DNA of 62,510 nucleotides, the filler included. It is 7 parts of 7 records of this genome, joined end to end, with 100 filler letters (N's around TTAATTAATTAA, not from the genome) between each part and the next. Parts side by side here need not be neighbours in the genome. Positions count along the whole stretch, not along the records: positions 1 to 16,276 come from SRR31156797_70581; 6 more parts are not named here. One strand, written 5' to 3'. The notes beneath the pieces were generated by a model. The model worked only from the letters and a program-made list of their open reading frames with translations, did no database searches and was not told the origin of the DNA. The position numbers and the translations under genes were made by a program. Below, piece after piece: positions 1-9,561 of the stretch (position 1 is the stretch's first letter; every line of letters begins with the position of its first letter).

Positions 1-11
1 GTTTGGTTTAT

Positions 12-81
12 ATCCCGAAGGGATGTGGGCGTATAGCCGGTGGTTTCAACCACCGGCTATACGGGTTTACCCCTCCGGGGT
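12..81. repeat. REP-like palindromic element
   Basis: Perfect 16-bp inverted repeat CGTATAGCCGGTGGTT-TC-AACCACCGGCTATACG (30-63), flanked by small hairpins ATCCCGAAGGGAT (12-24) and ACCCCTCCGGGGT (69-81). Confidence 0.65.
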
Positions 82-170
82 AGTTTTTTCGTTAATCCGC
101 GATGAGCCATTTTTCCTCACGCGTATCATGGAATGAGCGCTGAAGTATCCCTCATGTTTAAAAAAACCCC

Positions 171-199
171 TTGACAGTATATACTGTATACAGTACACA
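171..199 (+). promoter_or_regulatory. Sigma70-type promoter with overlapping GntR(FCD)-type operator
   Basis: TTGACA at 171-176. Two overlapping perfect 14-bp palindromes, ACAGTATATACTGT (174-187) and TACTGTATACAGTA (182-195). A GntR gene lies in the downstream operon. The -10 box is weak. Confidence 0.65.
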
Positions 200-298
200 T
201 CTTTTTTTAAGGTCTTCAGCGTTACCGATTAATTGCGGCTTGAATCCTAATTTATGCATCTGCCGTAAATCCTTATCATAAATAACGGAGTGCCCACT

Positions 299-1090
299 AT
301 GAACATCATCGTGTTGGTCAAACAGGTTCCCGATACCACGGAAATCAAACTGGATCCCAAGACGGGGAATTTGATTCGGGAGGGGATTGAAAGTATTATG
401 AATCCGGACGATCGGCATGCCCTGGAGGCGGCGGTCGGCTTAAAAGAATCCATGGGCGGCAACGTAACGGCGGTGTCCATGGGGCCGCCCCAGGCCATTG
501 ATGTGATTACCGAAGCCATGGGTATGGGTGCGGACAGGGGCATTTTGCTGTCGGATGGCGCTTTTTCCGGAGCGGACACCTGGGCCACATCCTTGACCCT
601 GGGAAAAGCAGTGGAAAAAATCGGTGATTATGACCTGATCATTTGCGGAAGGCAGGCCATTGATGGTGACACGGCCCAGATCGGCCCCCAGGTGGCCGAC
701 CATCTGGGCATTCCCCATGTGAGTTATGTGTTCCGTATTGAAGAGATCACGGAAGAGCGCCTGGTGGTCCGGAGACGCCTGGAAGACGGCTTCGAACGGA
801 TTGAAACACCCGTGCCGGCCCTTCTGACGGTAATCGGGGAGTTGAACTCCCCCCGTTATGCGGTGGTGGGCCGTTTGATTGAGGCGTGCGGGGAAAAAGC
901 GCCCATGGAAATCTGGAATGCGGCGGATATCGGCGCCAAAACGGACGAAATCGGCTTGGAAGGATCCTTGACCCATGTGATCAAAACCTTTGCACCCAAA
1001 TTCAAACGGCAGGGTGAAATACTGGAAGGGGATGTGGGTGAAAGTATCGGCACCCTGCTGGGAAAGCTACGTGAGAATCGAATTGTATAA
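299..1090 (+). CDS. etfB: Electron transfer flavoprotein beta subunit
   Basis: KQVPDT, MNPDD, GADTWATS and GRQAIDGDTAQIGP motifs. Start placed at ATG 299 after GGAG. Confidence 0.95.
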   Translation: MNIIVLVKQVPDTTEIKLDPKTGNLIREGIESIMNPDDRHALEAAVGLKESMGGNVTAVSMGPPQAIDVITEAMGMGADRGILLSDGAFSGADTWATSLTLGKAVEKIGDYDLIICGRQAIDGDTAQIGPQVADHLGIPHVSYVFRIEEITEERLVVRRRLEDGFERIETPVPALLTVIGELNSPRYAVVGRLIEACGEKAPMEIWNAADIGAKTDEIGLEGSLTHVIKTFAPKFKRQGEILEGDVGESIGTLLGKLRENRIV

Positions 1091-1118
1091 TCGAATGGCT
1101 GATTAAAGGAGATAAAAC

Positions 1119-2315
1119 ATGACTGTATGGATTGACGCTGATCTTTGCAACGGGTGCAAACTCTGCGAAAAGGCGTGTCCCTATGAGGGTGTTGAAATGA
1201 GGGACGGAAAAGCCCATATCCTGGAACGGTGCACCTCCTGCGGGGCCTGCATTGAAAGTTGCAAGCAGAAAGCCATTCTGACCGATGCCAAACCGAGGGA
1301 GATTCCCGATTTCAGTGACAGAGAGGGGGTCTGGGTGTTTGCCGAACAGCGGGGCGGCGTGTTGCATCCGGTCTCCCTTGAGCTGTTGGGAAAAGCCTGC
1401 GAACTGGCGGAATCCCTCAATCAGGAGGTGTCGGCCGTTTTGCTGGGCAATGGGGTGGAACATCTGGCGGAAAGGCTGATTCGGCATGGGGCCGACCATG
1501 TATATCTGGTTGAAGATCCTCGTCTTTTGCAATACCGGACCATGGTGTACACCCATGCCATGGAGCAGTTGATCCGACGGTTCAAGCCCAACATTCTGCT
1601 CATGGGGGCCACCCATATCGGCAGGGACCTGGCGCCGCGGGTGTCGCGACGGGTGGGGGTAGGCCTTACAGCGGACTGTACGGAGCTGATCATTGATCCG
1701 GAGGAAAAGATTCTTCTGCAGACGCGCCCCGCCTTCGGCGGCAATGTTATGGCCACCATCGCAAACCGATATTCCCGTCCCCAGATGGCAACGGTTCGGC
1801 CCGGGGTCATGGAGCCAAAGGAGCAGCCCGGAAAAAATGGAGATGTCGTTGGGGAAGCCCTTTCCATGGCTGAAGAGAAGATCAAAACAAGGGTTCTTGA
1901 AATTGTCAGGGAGGCCAAAAAAAGAGGGGATCTGAGCAAAGCAAAAATTATTGTTGCCGGTGGCAGGGGTGTTGGCGACGCCGGCGGATTCAAAGTCCTT
2001 GAAAATCTGGCCGGGGTCCTGGGAGGCCAGGTGGCCGGTACCCGTGTTGCGGTGGAAGAGGGGTGGATTCCCGCGGATCGGCAGGTGGGTCAGACCGGGC
2101 AGTCGGTCAGGCCCGAGCTTTACATCGCCTGTGGCATATCCGGAGCCATTCAGCATCGGGCGGGGATTGTAAATGCCCGGTACATTGTGGCCATAAACCG
2201 GGATGCCGGGGCGCCCATTTTTCAGGTGGCCGACTGGGGTATCGTGGGGGATCTGCATGAATTGGTGCCTGAAATGATTCGACAGTTGCAAAATGAGGGA
2301 GGGATGAATGCTTAG
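1119..2315 (+). CDS. etfA: Electron transfer flavoprotein alpha subunit with N-terminal 2x[4Fe-4S] ferredoxin domain
   Basis: CNGCKLCEKACP and CTSCGACIESC at the N-terminus; GLTADCT, RPAFGG, QVGQTG and GISGAIQH ETF-alpha motifs. Confidence 0.95.
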   Translation: MTVWIDADLCNGCKLCEKACPYEGVEMRDGKAHILERCTSCGACIESCKQKAILTDAKPREIPDFSDREGVWVFAEQRGGVLHPVSLELLGKACELAESLNQEVSAVLLGNGVEHLAERLIRHGADHVYLVEDPRLLQYRTMVYTHAMEQLIRRFKPNILLMGATHIGRDLAPRVSRRVGVGLTADCTELIIDPEEKILLQTRPAFGGNVMATIANRYSRPQMATVRPGVMEPKEQPGKNGDVVGEALSMAEEKIKTRVLEIVREAKKRGDLSKAKIIVAGGRGVGDAGGFKVLENLAGVLGGQVAGTRVAVEEGWIPADRQVGQTGQSVRPELYIACGISGAIQHRAGIVNARYIVAINRDAGAPIFQVADWGIVGDLHELVPEMIRQLQNEGGMNA

Positions 2316-3441
2316 GTCGAACGCCGAAACAACCATCAGAAAAAGCATGGCCATGTTCGTGGACAATGAAGTGGTTCCGCGGGCCAAGGAGATTGATGAA
2401 TCGGGTGAATTTCCAAGGGATATGTTCCGGGAGATGGCCAAGATGGGTGTCTTCGGCCTCAGGTATCCCAAGGACAGGGGCGGGGCCGGAGGAAATACCA
2501 CGCTTTTTTGCATTAGTTGCGAAGAGGTGGCCCGGGGACTCATGAGCCTTGCGGCCATTACGGCCATGCAGTCCCTCATGGGTACCAATTTCCTGTTTCA
2601 CTACGGAACCGATGAAATGCGGGAGAAGTATTTTCTCCCGGCCATGAATGGGGAGAAGGTGGCCTGCTTCTGCCTCACCGAACCCGAGGCCGGGTCCGAT
2701 TTGGGAAACGTCAGCACCCGGGCTGAAAAAACCGATGACGGTTACCGGTTAAACGGCATGAAAACATGGGTTACCAACGGTCCCGTGGCGGATTTCTACA
2801 CGGTGCTCATGCAGACGGACCCCAAAAAGAAGTTCAGGGGCCTCAATTTTTTCTTTGTGCCCAGGGATACCCCCGGCTTTTCCTGCAGCAAACCCTTTGA
2901 TCTTTTGGGAACCCGCAGCACCCCCATCTCCGAGGTCGCCTTCAAGGATTGCCTGGTCCCCCATACCCATATGCTGGGGGCCGAAGGGAAAGGTTTGAGT
3001 AACCTCTTGTCCATCCTGGCCGAAATCCGAACCATGACCGCGGCTCTCGCCGTGGGGCTCCAGCGCGCCGCCATGGACGATTCCATTCAGTATGCCCATG
3101 AACGGGCCCAGTTCGGACAGACCATCAGCAATTACCAGCTCATCCAGGCCAAGGTGGCCAATATGGCGGTGGATCTGGAAGCCTCCAAGCTGCTCACTTA
3201 CAAGGCCAGCCATATGATTGACGAGAAAAAAGAGGCACTTAAAGAAGCTTCCATGGCAAAGTATTTCGCCACGGAAGCCGCCACCCGTGCCGGCGATCAG
3301 GCCACGCGAATCCTGGGGGCCTACGCCTATTCCATGGAATATTCGGCCCAGCGATACTACCGGGACAACCGTTTTCTGCTCTACGGTGGCGGGACCCACG
3401 AGATTTTACAGCCCAACATCGCCAAGTGGGTGGGGCTGTAG
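2308..3441 (+). CDS. Acyl-CoA dehydrogenase
   Basis: FCLTEPEAGSD, NGMKTWVTNG, RAQFGQ and YGGGTHEI motifs; overlaps the etfA stop. Confidence 0.93.
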   Translation: MLRSNAETTIRKSMAMFVDNEVVPRAKEIDESGEFPRDMFREMAKMGVFGLRYPKDRGGAGGNTTLFCISCEEVARGLMSLAAITAMQSLMGTNFLFHYGTDEMREKYFLPAMNGEKVACFCLTEPEAGSDLGNVSTRAEKTDDGYRLNGMKTWVTNGPVADFYTVLMQTDPKKKFRGLNFFFVPRDTPGFSCSKPFDLLGTRSTPISEVAFKDCLVPHTHMLGAEGKGLSNLLSILAEIRTMTAALAVGLQRAAMDDSIQYAHERAQFGQTISNYQLIQAKVANMAVDLEASKLLTYKASHMIDEKKEALKEASMAKYFATEAATRAGDQATRILGAYAYSMEYSAQRYYRDNRFLLYGGGTHEILQPNIAKWVGL

Positions 3442-3471
3442 GATTGCGGATTATAAGGAAGGCATCGGGGT

Positions 3472-4221
3472 ATGAGTGGCACCGCGGATCGGGAAGAGAT
3501 GGGTATGAAGGGCTTCATGGCTTTGCCGGAAAGAAGGTCCCTGGGCCAGTCCGTTTATGAAAACCTGAAAGAGGCCATAATCGAGGGGACCCTTGTCCCC
3601 GAAAGCCGTGTGGTGGAAACCCGTTTTGCCGAAGCGCTGGGCATCAGCCGGACCCCCGTTCGGGAAGCCATGCATAAACTGGAACGGGAAGGGTTGCTTC
3701 GGCAAGACCCCAAGGGCGGCTTTTATGTCATCGGTCTGACCCGCGCGGATATCGAGGAGGCATTCGGCATTCGGAGCGTATTGGAAAGTTATGCGGCCCG
3801 ATTGGCAACCATCCGCCATGAGGAGGGGGAGTTGGCGCCCCTGGAGGAGAAACTGGCGGAGTACCGGGACTGCCTTGGCCGGGGCCACGTGGAGGAACTT
3901 TCGCGCATCAATACCGATTTCCACGATCTTCTCTACAGTCTCAGCCGAAGTCCCAAACTGGTGAAGATGATCAACGATATCCGGGTCCAGATTTTCCGTT
4001 TCAGGCAGGTTATCCTTAGAATAGAGGCCATGGCCCGTACCAGCAATGAGGATCATCTGTTGATGATGGATGCCATCCGGGCAAGGCGGGCGGATCGTGT
4101 GGAGCGGCTGGTGAGGGAACACATTCTCCGCGGCCAGGATATTGTGCTGCGGGAATTTGATATAATGTCCGTCAAGGCAGAAACCGGAAAATTGACAAAT
4201 GATGTCAAAAAAGGAGTGTAA
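3472..4221 (+). CDS. GntR-family (FCD) transcriptional regulator
   Basis: wHTH LGISRTPVREAMHKLEREG; FCD domain NTDFH...DH. Exact start uncertain (3472, 3499 or 3505). Confidence 0.92.
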   Translation: MSGTADREEMGMKGFMALPERRSLGQSVYENLKEAIIEGTLVPESRVVETRFAEALGISRTPVREAMHKLEREGLLRQDPKGGFYVIGLTRADIEEAFGIRSVLESYAARLATIRHEEGELAPLEEKLAEYRDCLGRGHVEELSRINTDFHDLLYSLSRSPKLVKMINDIRVQIFRFRQVILRIEAMARTSNEDHLLMMDAIRARRADRVERLVREHILRGQDIVLREFDIMSVKAETGKLTNDVKKGV

Positions 4222-4226
4222 TTGCT

Positions 4227-4625
4227 ATGGGAAAAAGAAAAATACGGGTGCTGCTGGCAAAACCCGGCCTGGATGGCCATGACCGGGGGGCCAAGGTGGT
4301 GGCCCATGCCATGAAGGAAGCCGGAATGGAGGTCATCTATACCGGGCTTCACCAGACCGTTAAGAGTATCGTGAACCAGGCCCTTCAGGAGGATGTGGAC
4401 GTGATCGGTCTTTCCATTATGTCCGGCGCCCATATCCCCATCTGCACCAAGTTGGCGGGCTTTACCAAGGAAGAAAAAATTGAGGACAAGCTGTTGGTGG
4501 TGGGCGGCGTCATTCCCAACAGGGATATCCAGGTTTTAAAGGGGATCGGCGTGGACGGGGTATTTCCGGGGGGCGCGCTTTTTGAGGAGATCGTTTCGTT
4601 TATTGAAGAAAACACACACCACTGA
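4227..4625 (+). CDS. Cobalamin-binding small subunit of acyl-CoA mutase
   Basis: LAKPGLDGHDRGAK (DxHxxG), IGLSIMSGAH, VGGVIP. Confidence 0.95.
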   Translation: MGKRKIRVLLAKPGLDGHDRGAKVVAHAMKEAGMEVIYTGLHQTVKSIVNQALQEDVDVIGLSIMSGAHIPICTKLAGFTKEEKIEDKLLVVGGVIPNRDIQVLKGIGVDGVFPGGALFEEIVSFIEENTHH

Positions 4626-4693
4626 ACCCTTTGTCCAGGGAGCCGCAAACTTGTACCATAACCGGTGATCAATACAATCATTAAGGGGATATC

Positions 4694-6322
4694 ATGGGAG
4701 TCGCAACATATATTAAAGACGAAAAGGATGCCGTCCAAAAGGTCCTTCTGCAGTCGGGCATCGAGGTGAAGCCCAGCTACACGCCGGAAGATCTTGAACG
4801 GGTCGGTTTTAATTATGAAACGGATCTGGGGGATACGGGAGAGTTCCCTTTTACCCGCAGCATCCATCCACAGGGGTACCGGAGCCGGAACTGGACCACC
4901 CGCCAGTACACCGGTTTCGGAACGCCGGAGGAGACCAACGAGCGGTTCAAGCTGATGATTTCCCACGGGCAGAACGGATTGAACGTGGCTTTCGATCTTC
5001 CCACCCAGATGGGGTACGATTCCGATAATGAATTGGCGGAAGGGGAGGTGGGGCGCGTTGGCATGGCCATCGATTCCCTGAGGGATTTCGAGATCGCCTT
5101 CAAGGATATCCGGCTCAATCGCATCGGTACGGGCCTCACCATCAATGCGGTGGCGTCCATCATGCTGGCCATGTATCAGGCCGTGGCTGAAAAATTCGGG
5201 TACAAAAAAACCGAGATCTCCGCAACACCCCAGAACGATATTCTAAAGGAGATTGTGGGGCGCGGGGCCTGGATTTATCCCGTGGAACCGGCGGTCCGGC
5301 TCATCGGGGACACCATTGAGTACGCCATGGCCGACCTTCCCCGCTGCAATCCCGTTTCCATCTGCGGCTACCACATCCGGGAATCGGGCTGCACCCCGGT
5401 CCAGGAGATTTCCTATGCCTTCATGATCGCCTTTGCCTACATGGACAATGTCATCGCCCGGGGGTACAAGGCGGAAGATTTTGTGGCGCGCTTTTCCTTT
5501 AACCTCAATATCTACGGGAACCTCTGGGAGACGGTGGCCAAGTTCAGGGCGGCCCGGAAGTTGTGGGCCAAACTCCTCCGTGAAAGATATGATGTGCAGA
5601 ACAAGAAAGCCCTTTTCCTTCGGGGGATTTTCGGTGGCGGCGGTTCGGGCATGACCAAACAGCAGCCGGAAAATAATATCATGCGGGGGGCCTATTATGC
5701 ACTGGCGGCGGCTTTATCCGGGGCACAGACAACGGCCCTCTGCTCCTTTGACGAGGCGTATACCATTCCCACCGAACGGGCGGCATTACTGTCACTCCGG
5801 ACTTTCCAGATCCTGATGGATGAAATCGGGTTGAGGGATACGGTGGATCCCCTGGCCGGAAGCTATTTTGTGGAGACCCTCACCAAGGAGATGGAACAGA
5901 GTATCCTTGAGGAAATGGAGAAGGTGGAAAAAGTGGGGGGCATGGTGGAAGCGGTCTCCAGCGGATATGTCCAGAGCGAAGTGTCACGCCAGGCCTATGA
6001 GTACGAAAAAAAGTTGCAGAAGGGTGAAATCGTCAAGGTGGGCGTCAACAAATACACCGAAGGCGTGGACATGGAAGTGGAACTCCATGAATACAATGAT
6101 GAATGGGCCCAGTTGCAGATCAGAAGGCTCAAGGAACTGAAACGGGACCGGGATGGTGCGGCGGTCAACACGTCCCTGAAAGCCCTTGAAAAGGCGGCCC
6201 GGGAAAAGAAAAATGTGATGCCTTACCTGGTGGAATGCTGTAAAAGCTATGCTACGGTAGGCGAAATGGCCGATATCTTCAGGGATGTGTTCGGTGAATA
6301 TGTGGAACCGAATATTTTCTAG
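4694..6322 (+). CDS. B12-dependent acyl-CoA mutase large subunit (methylmalonyl-CoA mutase family, divergent)
   Basis: GEFPFTR, WTTRQYTGFG, AFDLPTQMGYDSD, QNDILKE, GYHIRE and DPLAGSY motifs; no fused B12 domain. Confidence 0.92.
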   Translation: MGVATYIKDEKDAVQKVLLQSGIEVKPSYTPEDLERVGFNYETDLGDTGEFPFTRSIHPQGYRSRNWTTRQYTGFGTPEETNERFKLMISHGQNGLNVAFDLPTQMGYDSDNELAEGEVGRVGMAIDSLRDFEIAFKDIRLNRIGTGLTINAVASIMLAMYQAVAEKFGYKKTEISATPQNDILKEIVGRGAWIYPVEPAVRLIGDTIEYAMADLPRCNPVSICGYHIRESGCTPVQEISYAFMIAFAYMDNVIARGYKAEDFVARFSFNLNIYGNLWETVAKFRAARKLWAKLLRERYDVQNKKALFLRGIFGGGGSGMTKQQPENNIMRGAYYALAAALSGAQTTALCSFDEAYTIPTERAALLSLRTFQILMDEIGLRDTVDPLAGSYFVETLTKEMEQSILEEMEKVEKVGGMVEAVSSGYVQSEVSRQAYEYEKKLQKGEIVKVGVNKYTEGVDMEVELHEYNDEWAQLQIRRLKELKRDRDGAAVNTSLKALEKAAREKKNVMPYLVECCKSYATVGEMADIFRDVFGEYVEPNIF

Positions 6323-6323
6323 G

Positions 6324-6400
6324 CTCTTAGCCTTTAGCTGTTAGCCTTTAGCATTTAGCATTTAGCTGTTAGCTAATGGCTGAAAGCTAACAGCCAGCAG
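6324..6400. repeat. Intergenic heptamer tandem/inverted repeat element
   Basis: Seven CnnTTAG units (6324-6372) followed by reverse-complement-type units CTAATGG, CTGAAAG, CTAACAG, CCAGCAG. Confidence 0.85.
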
Positions 6401-6488
6401 CTTATTCATAATGAAAGGAGGTGAAACATCAAGTCCACGGTGTACGCTGATTCATCGCTATGAAACCCGATTAGAGGAGGTCCGAATC

Positions 6489-7508
6489 ATGAAAAAAAAG
6501 ATTGGATTTGTATTGGCTATAGCCTTTATCGCAGCAATATTTACAATTACCGTGAACACGGCACCCGCAGCAGCAGGACCGATCAAATTGAGCTATGCTC
6601 AATTTGCACCCCCCAAAACCTTTGTAGGCGTGCAGCTTGAAAGATGGATTAAAGAGGTCGAAAAGCGCACGGGCGGCAAGGTTAAGATAGACGCGTTTCA
6701 TGGCGGAACGCTACTCGGTGCAAAAAACATGATGGACGGTGTTATTGCCGGAACAGCAGATATCGGAACGCTTTGCATGGCTTACCAGCCGGGCCGTTTT
6801 GTTATCACCAATGCCACCAGCCTTCCTCTCGGGTTTCCCAATGCGCGCGTGGCCTCCCTGACGCTCACCGATCTTTATGAAAAGTATAAACCAAAAAGCT
6901 TTTCCAAAGTAAAGGTCCTGTGTATGTATACGTGCGGACCTTCAAACATCATGAGCAAAATACCCATAAGAAATTTGGCGGATATGAAAGGCGTGGATTT
7001 GCGTGCCTCCGGCGGCGCTGCCCAGATTCTGAAGGCGTGGGGCGCCAACCAGGTGGGTATGCCCATGTCCGCAGTGCCGGAAGCCCTGCAAAAGGGCGTG
7101 GTCAAGGGCCTGTTTTCATCGTTGGAGGTCATGAAGGATTTTAAGTTTGCCGAAAGCTGTAAATTTATCACCATGACGAACACGGTTATCTATCCCTTTG
7201 CCGTGGTCATGAACAAGGCCAAGTGGGATTCCCTGCCAAAAGATGTTCAGAAGGTTATGAATGATCTTGTCAGGGAACACTCCGAATGGACGGGGGCCTA
7301 CATGGACAAGCATATCGTAGAAGCCGTTAAGTGGTCCAAAGAGAAAGAGGGGGTCGAGGTGATCAACCTCCCCGAAAGCCGAATGGCCAAATGGAACAAC
7401 CTCCTTACGCCCATTACGGCCAAATGGATCAAGAACACAACCGCAAAAGGGTATCCGGCTGACGCCATCGTGACCGACATCAAGGCGTTCATGAAAAAAT
7501 ACGAATAG
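6489..7508 (+). CDS. dctP: TRAP transporter substrate-binding protein
   Basis: Signal peptide MKKKIGF...AAAG; KRTGGKVKI, GTLLG, EALQKGVVKG, MNKAKWDSLPKDVQ. Start at ATG 6489 after GAGGAGG. Confidence 0.92.
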   Translation: MKKKIGFVLAIAFIAAIFTITVNTAPAAAGPIKLSYAQFAPPKTFVGVQLERWIKEVEKRTGGKVKIDAFHGGTLLGAKNMMDGVIAGTADIGTLCMAYQPGRFVITNATSLPLGFPNARVASLTLTDLYEKYKPKSFSKVKVLCMYTCGPSNIMSKIPIRNLADMKGVDLRASGGAAQILKAWGANQVGMPMSAVPEALQKGVVKGLFSSLEVMKDFKFAESCKFITMTNTVIYPFAVVMNKAKWDSLPKDVQKVMNDLVREHSEWTGAYMDKHIVEAVKWSKEKEGVEVINLPESRMAKWNNLLTPITAKWIKNTTAKGYPADAIVTDIKAFMKKYE

Positions 7509-7710
7509 AAAACGGCATTTTGTGGACTTCGGGAGATATTTTATCCCGGGTCCACAACCCATCACCCAATGACCGGACCATCATGGGAAACCGAGCGGGG
7601 TTTCGTCATTGGCGTTCTTGATTTATGTTGGAATCTGGAATTTCTCATATTGCGTTGATGGATACCGTCAACGGAACCATTGCCGGGGATGTGGTCACGG
7701 GAGGCTTTAT

Positions 7711-8205
7711 ATGACGGCTCTTGAAAAGATAAGCCGCTTTCTGAATCAGGTTTTTCTCTGGGTGGCCGGCTTTTTTTTAGTCGCCATGATTGCCATTACA
7801 TGTGCAAACATATTCCTTCGTTTTGTCTGGATACCGGTCAGGGGGACATTCGAACTGATGGGATATTTCGGCGCCATTGTGACGGCCCTTGCTCTGGGTT
7901 ACACACAGATAAAGAAGGGGCATATTTCAGTGGATATTATGGTCTTGAGATTTTCAAAGAAGACCCAGCGTATCCTGAGTGCTTTCAACTCTTTTATCTG
8001 CATGGCTTTCTTCGGCACAGCGGGCTGGATGATTGCCAAGCATGCGGCAACCCTGTGCAGGACCGGGGAAGTCACCGAAACACTTCAAATCATCTATTAC
8101 CCTTTCACATACGGAGTTTCCCTGGGTTGTTTTCTGCTTGCAATGGTTTTGCTTATTGATTTTTTGAAATGCATTATCGGGGATGATAAGGAGAGCGATA
8201 AATGA
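7711..8205 (+). CDS. dctQ: TRAP transporter small permease
   Basis: Four hydrophobic segments and a GHISVD motif; start after GGGAGG. Confidence 0.9.
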   Translation: MTALEKISRFLNQVFLWVAGFFLVAMIAITCANIFLRFVWIPVRGTFELMGYFGAIVTALALGYTQIKKGHISVDIMVLRFSKKTQRILSAFNSFICMAFFGTAGWMIAKHAATLCRTGEVTETLQIIYYPFTYGVSLGCFLLAMVLLIDFLKCIIGDDKESDK

Positions 8206-9506
8206 ATTTAATCATGGTTGGAATCATTGGAATCGTTATCCTTCTCCTTGTATTATTCCTGCTCGGGATGCCGGTCGGCTTTGCCATGGGAGTTGTGGGA
8301 TTCTGTGGTTTTGCCTATATCGTTTCTCTGAAGGCCGCTTTCAGCATGGTGGCCATTGATATATGGACCACGTTCTCAAGTTATGGGCTCACTGTAATAC
8401 CGCTCTTTATCCTGATGGGATACCTTGCATTTAATTCAGGAATAGCTGAAAAACTTTACAACACCGCCTATAAATGGGTGGGTCACTGGAGAGGGGGATT
8501 GGCCATTGCCACAATTGCTGCCGATGAGCTTTTTGCTGCAATCTGTGGTTCCAATACCGCCACGGCCGCCACCATGGGCGCAATAGCCCTGCCCCAGATG
8601 AAAAAATATGGTTACGACACGAAACTGAGCAGCGGCACCGTTGTTACCGGAGGTACCTTGGGGACGGTTATGCCCCCCAGTGTCCTCCTCATTATTATCG
8701 GCCTTCAGACTGAACAATCCATCATAAAGCTCTTCCTTGGCGGAATTTTACCCGCTATACTCTTGGGCATTCTGTTCGTATTAACCATTATTATTCTTTG
8801 TTGGATCTATCCCGAGTTTGGTCCTGCCGGGCCAAAGACGTCTTTCAAGGAAAAAATAAAATCCCTTACCGGCGTCCTAGAGGCAATAGCCATATTTGTA
8901 CTGGTCATAGGAGGCTTGTACTTCGGCATATTCACCCCTACGGAAGCAGGCGCTGCAGGCGTCTTTTTAACGCTTTTAGTGACCGTCCCGACCGGTAAGT
9001 TGAAGTGGAAAGGGATTCTGGATTCCATGAGGGACACCCTGAAGATATCATGCATGGCGCTTGTTCTTGTTACGGGAGCCCTGATTTTCGGTCGTTTCCT
9101 GGCGGTTACCAGGCTCCCCTTTATTGTTGCGGATTTTGCAGCTTCACTTCCCGTATCCCCTTACATCATTCTGGCCTTCGTTCTGATGATCTATTTAATC
9201 GGCGGCTGTTTTGTGGACGCATTGGGCTTCCTGGTGCTCACAATACCCATCTTCTTTCCCCTTGGAATGGCCCTTGGGTTCGATCCCCTGTGGTATTCAA
9301 TCATCATTACAATGGTGACAACATTGGGAGCGATTACACCGCCTGTAGGTGTCAATATATATGTCGTTAAAGCCCTGGCTCCGGAAATAGAGCTGGGCAC
9401 GATTTTCAAAAGCGCCAGTTATTTCTTGGCAGCCTGTATTTTATGCATAATAATTTTAATAATCTTCCCTGATATTGTGTTAATTATTCCGAATATGGCA
9501 AATTAA
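8202..9506 (+). CDS. dctM: TRAP transporter large permease
   Basis: IPLFILMG, GTLGTVMPPS, FTPTEAG, ITPPVGVN; highly hydrophobic. Confidence 0.95.
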   Translation: MNLIMVGIIGIVILLLVLFLLGMPVGFAMGVVGFCGFAYIVSLKAAFSMVAIDIWTTFSSYGLTVIPLFILMGYLAFNSGIAEKLYNTAYKWVGHWRGGLAIATIAADELFAAICGSNTATAATMGAIALPQMKKYGYDTKLSSGTVVTGGTLGTVMPPSVLLIIIGLQTEQSIIKLFLGGILPAILLGILFVLTIIILCWIYPEFGPAGPKTSFKEKIKSLTGVLEAIAIFVLVIGGLYFGIFTPTEAGAAGVFLTLLVTVPTGKLKWKGILDSMRDTLKISCMALVLVTGALIFGRFLAVTRLPFIVADFAASLPVSPYIILAFVLMIYLIGGCFVDALGFLVLTIPIFFPLGMALGFDPLWYSIIITMVTTLGAITPPVGVNIYVVKALAPEIELGTIFKSASYFLAACILCIIILIIFPDIVLIIPNMAN

Positions 9507-9561
9507 ACGATAGTAATGTAGATTCTTTCAAAGTGCTTATAGGTTTTTCATAGGAGATCAT

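Noticed and set aside
1002-2588. Long antisense ORFs (also 13776-15188, 27599-29182, 35590-36897, 46162-47385 and others)
   Set aside because: They lie opposite well-supported genes and have no recognisable motifs; such shadows are expected in GC-rich coding DNA.
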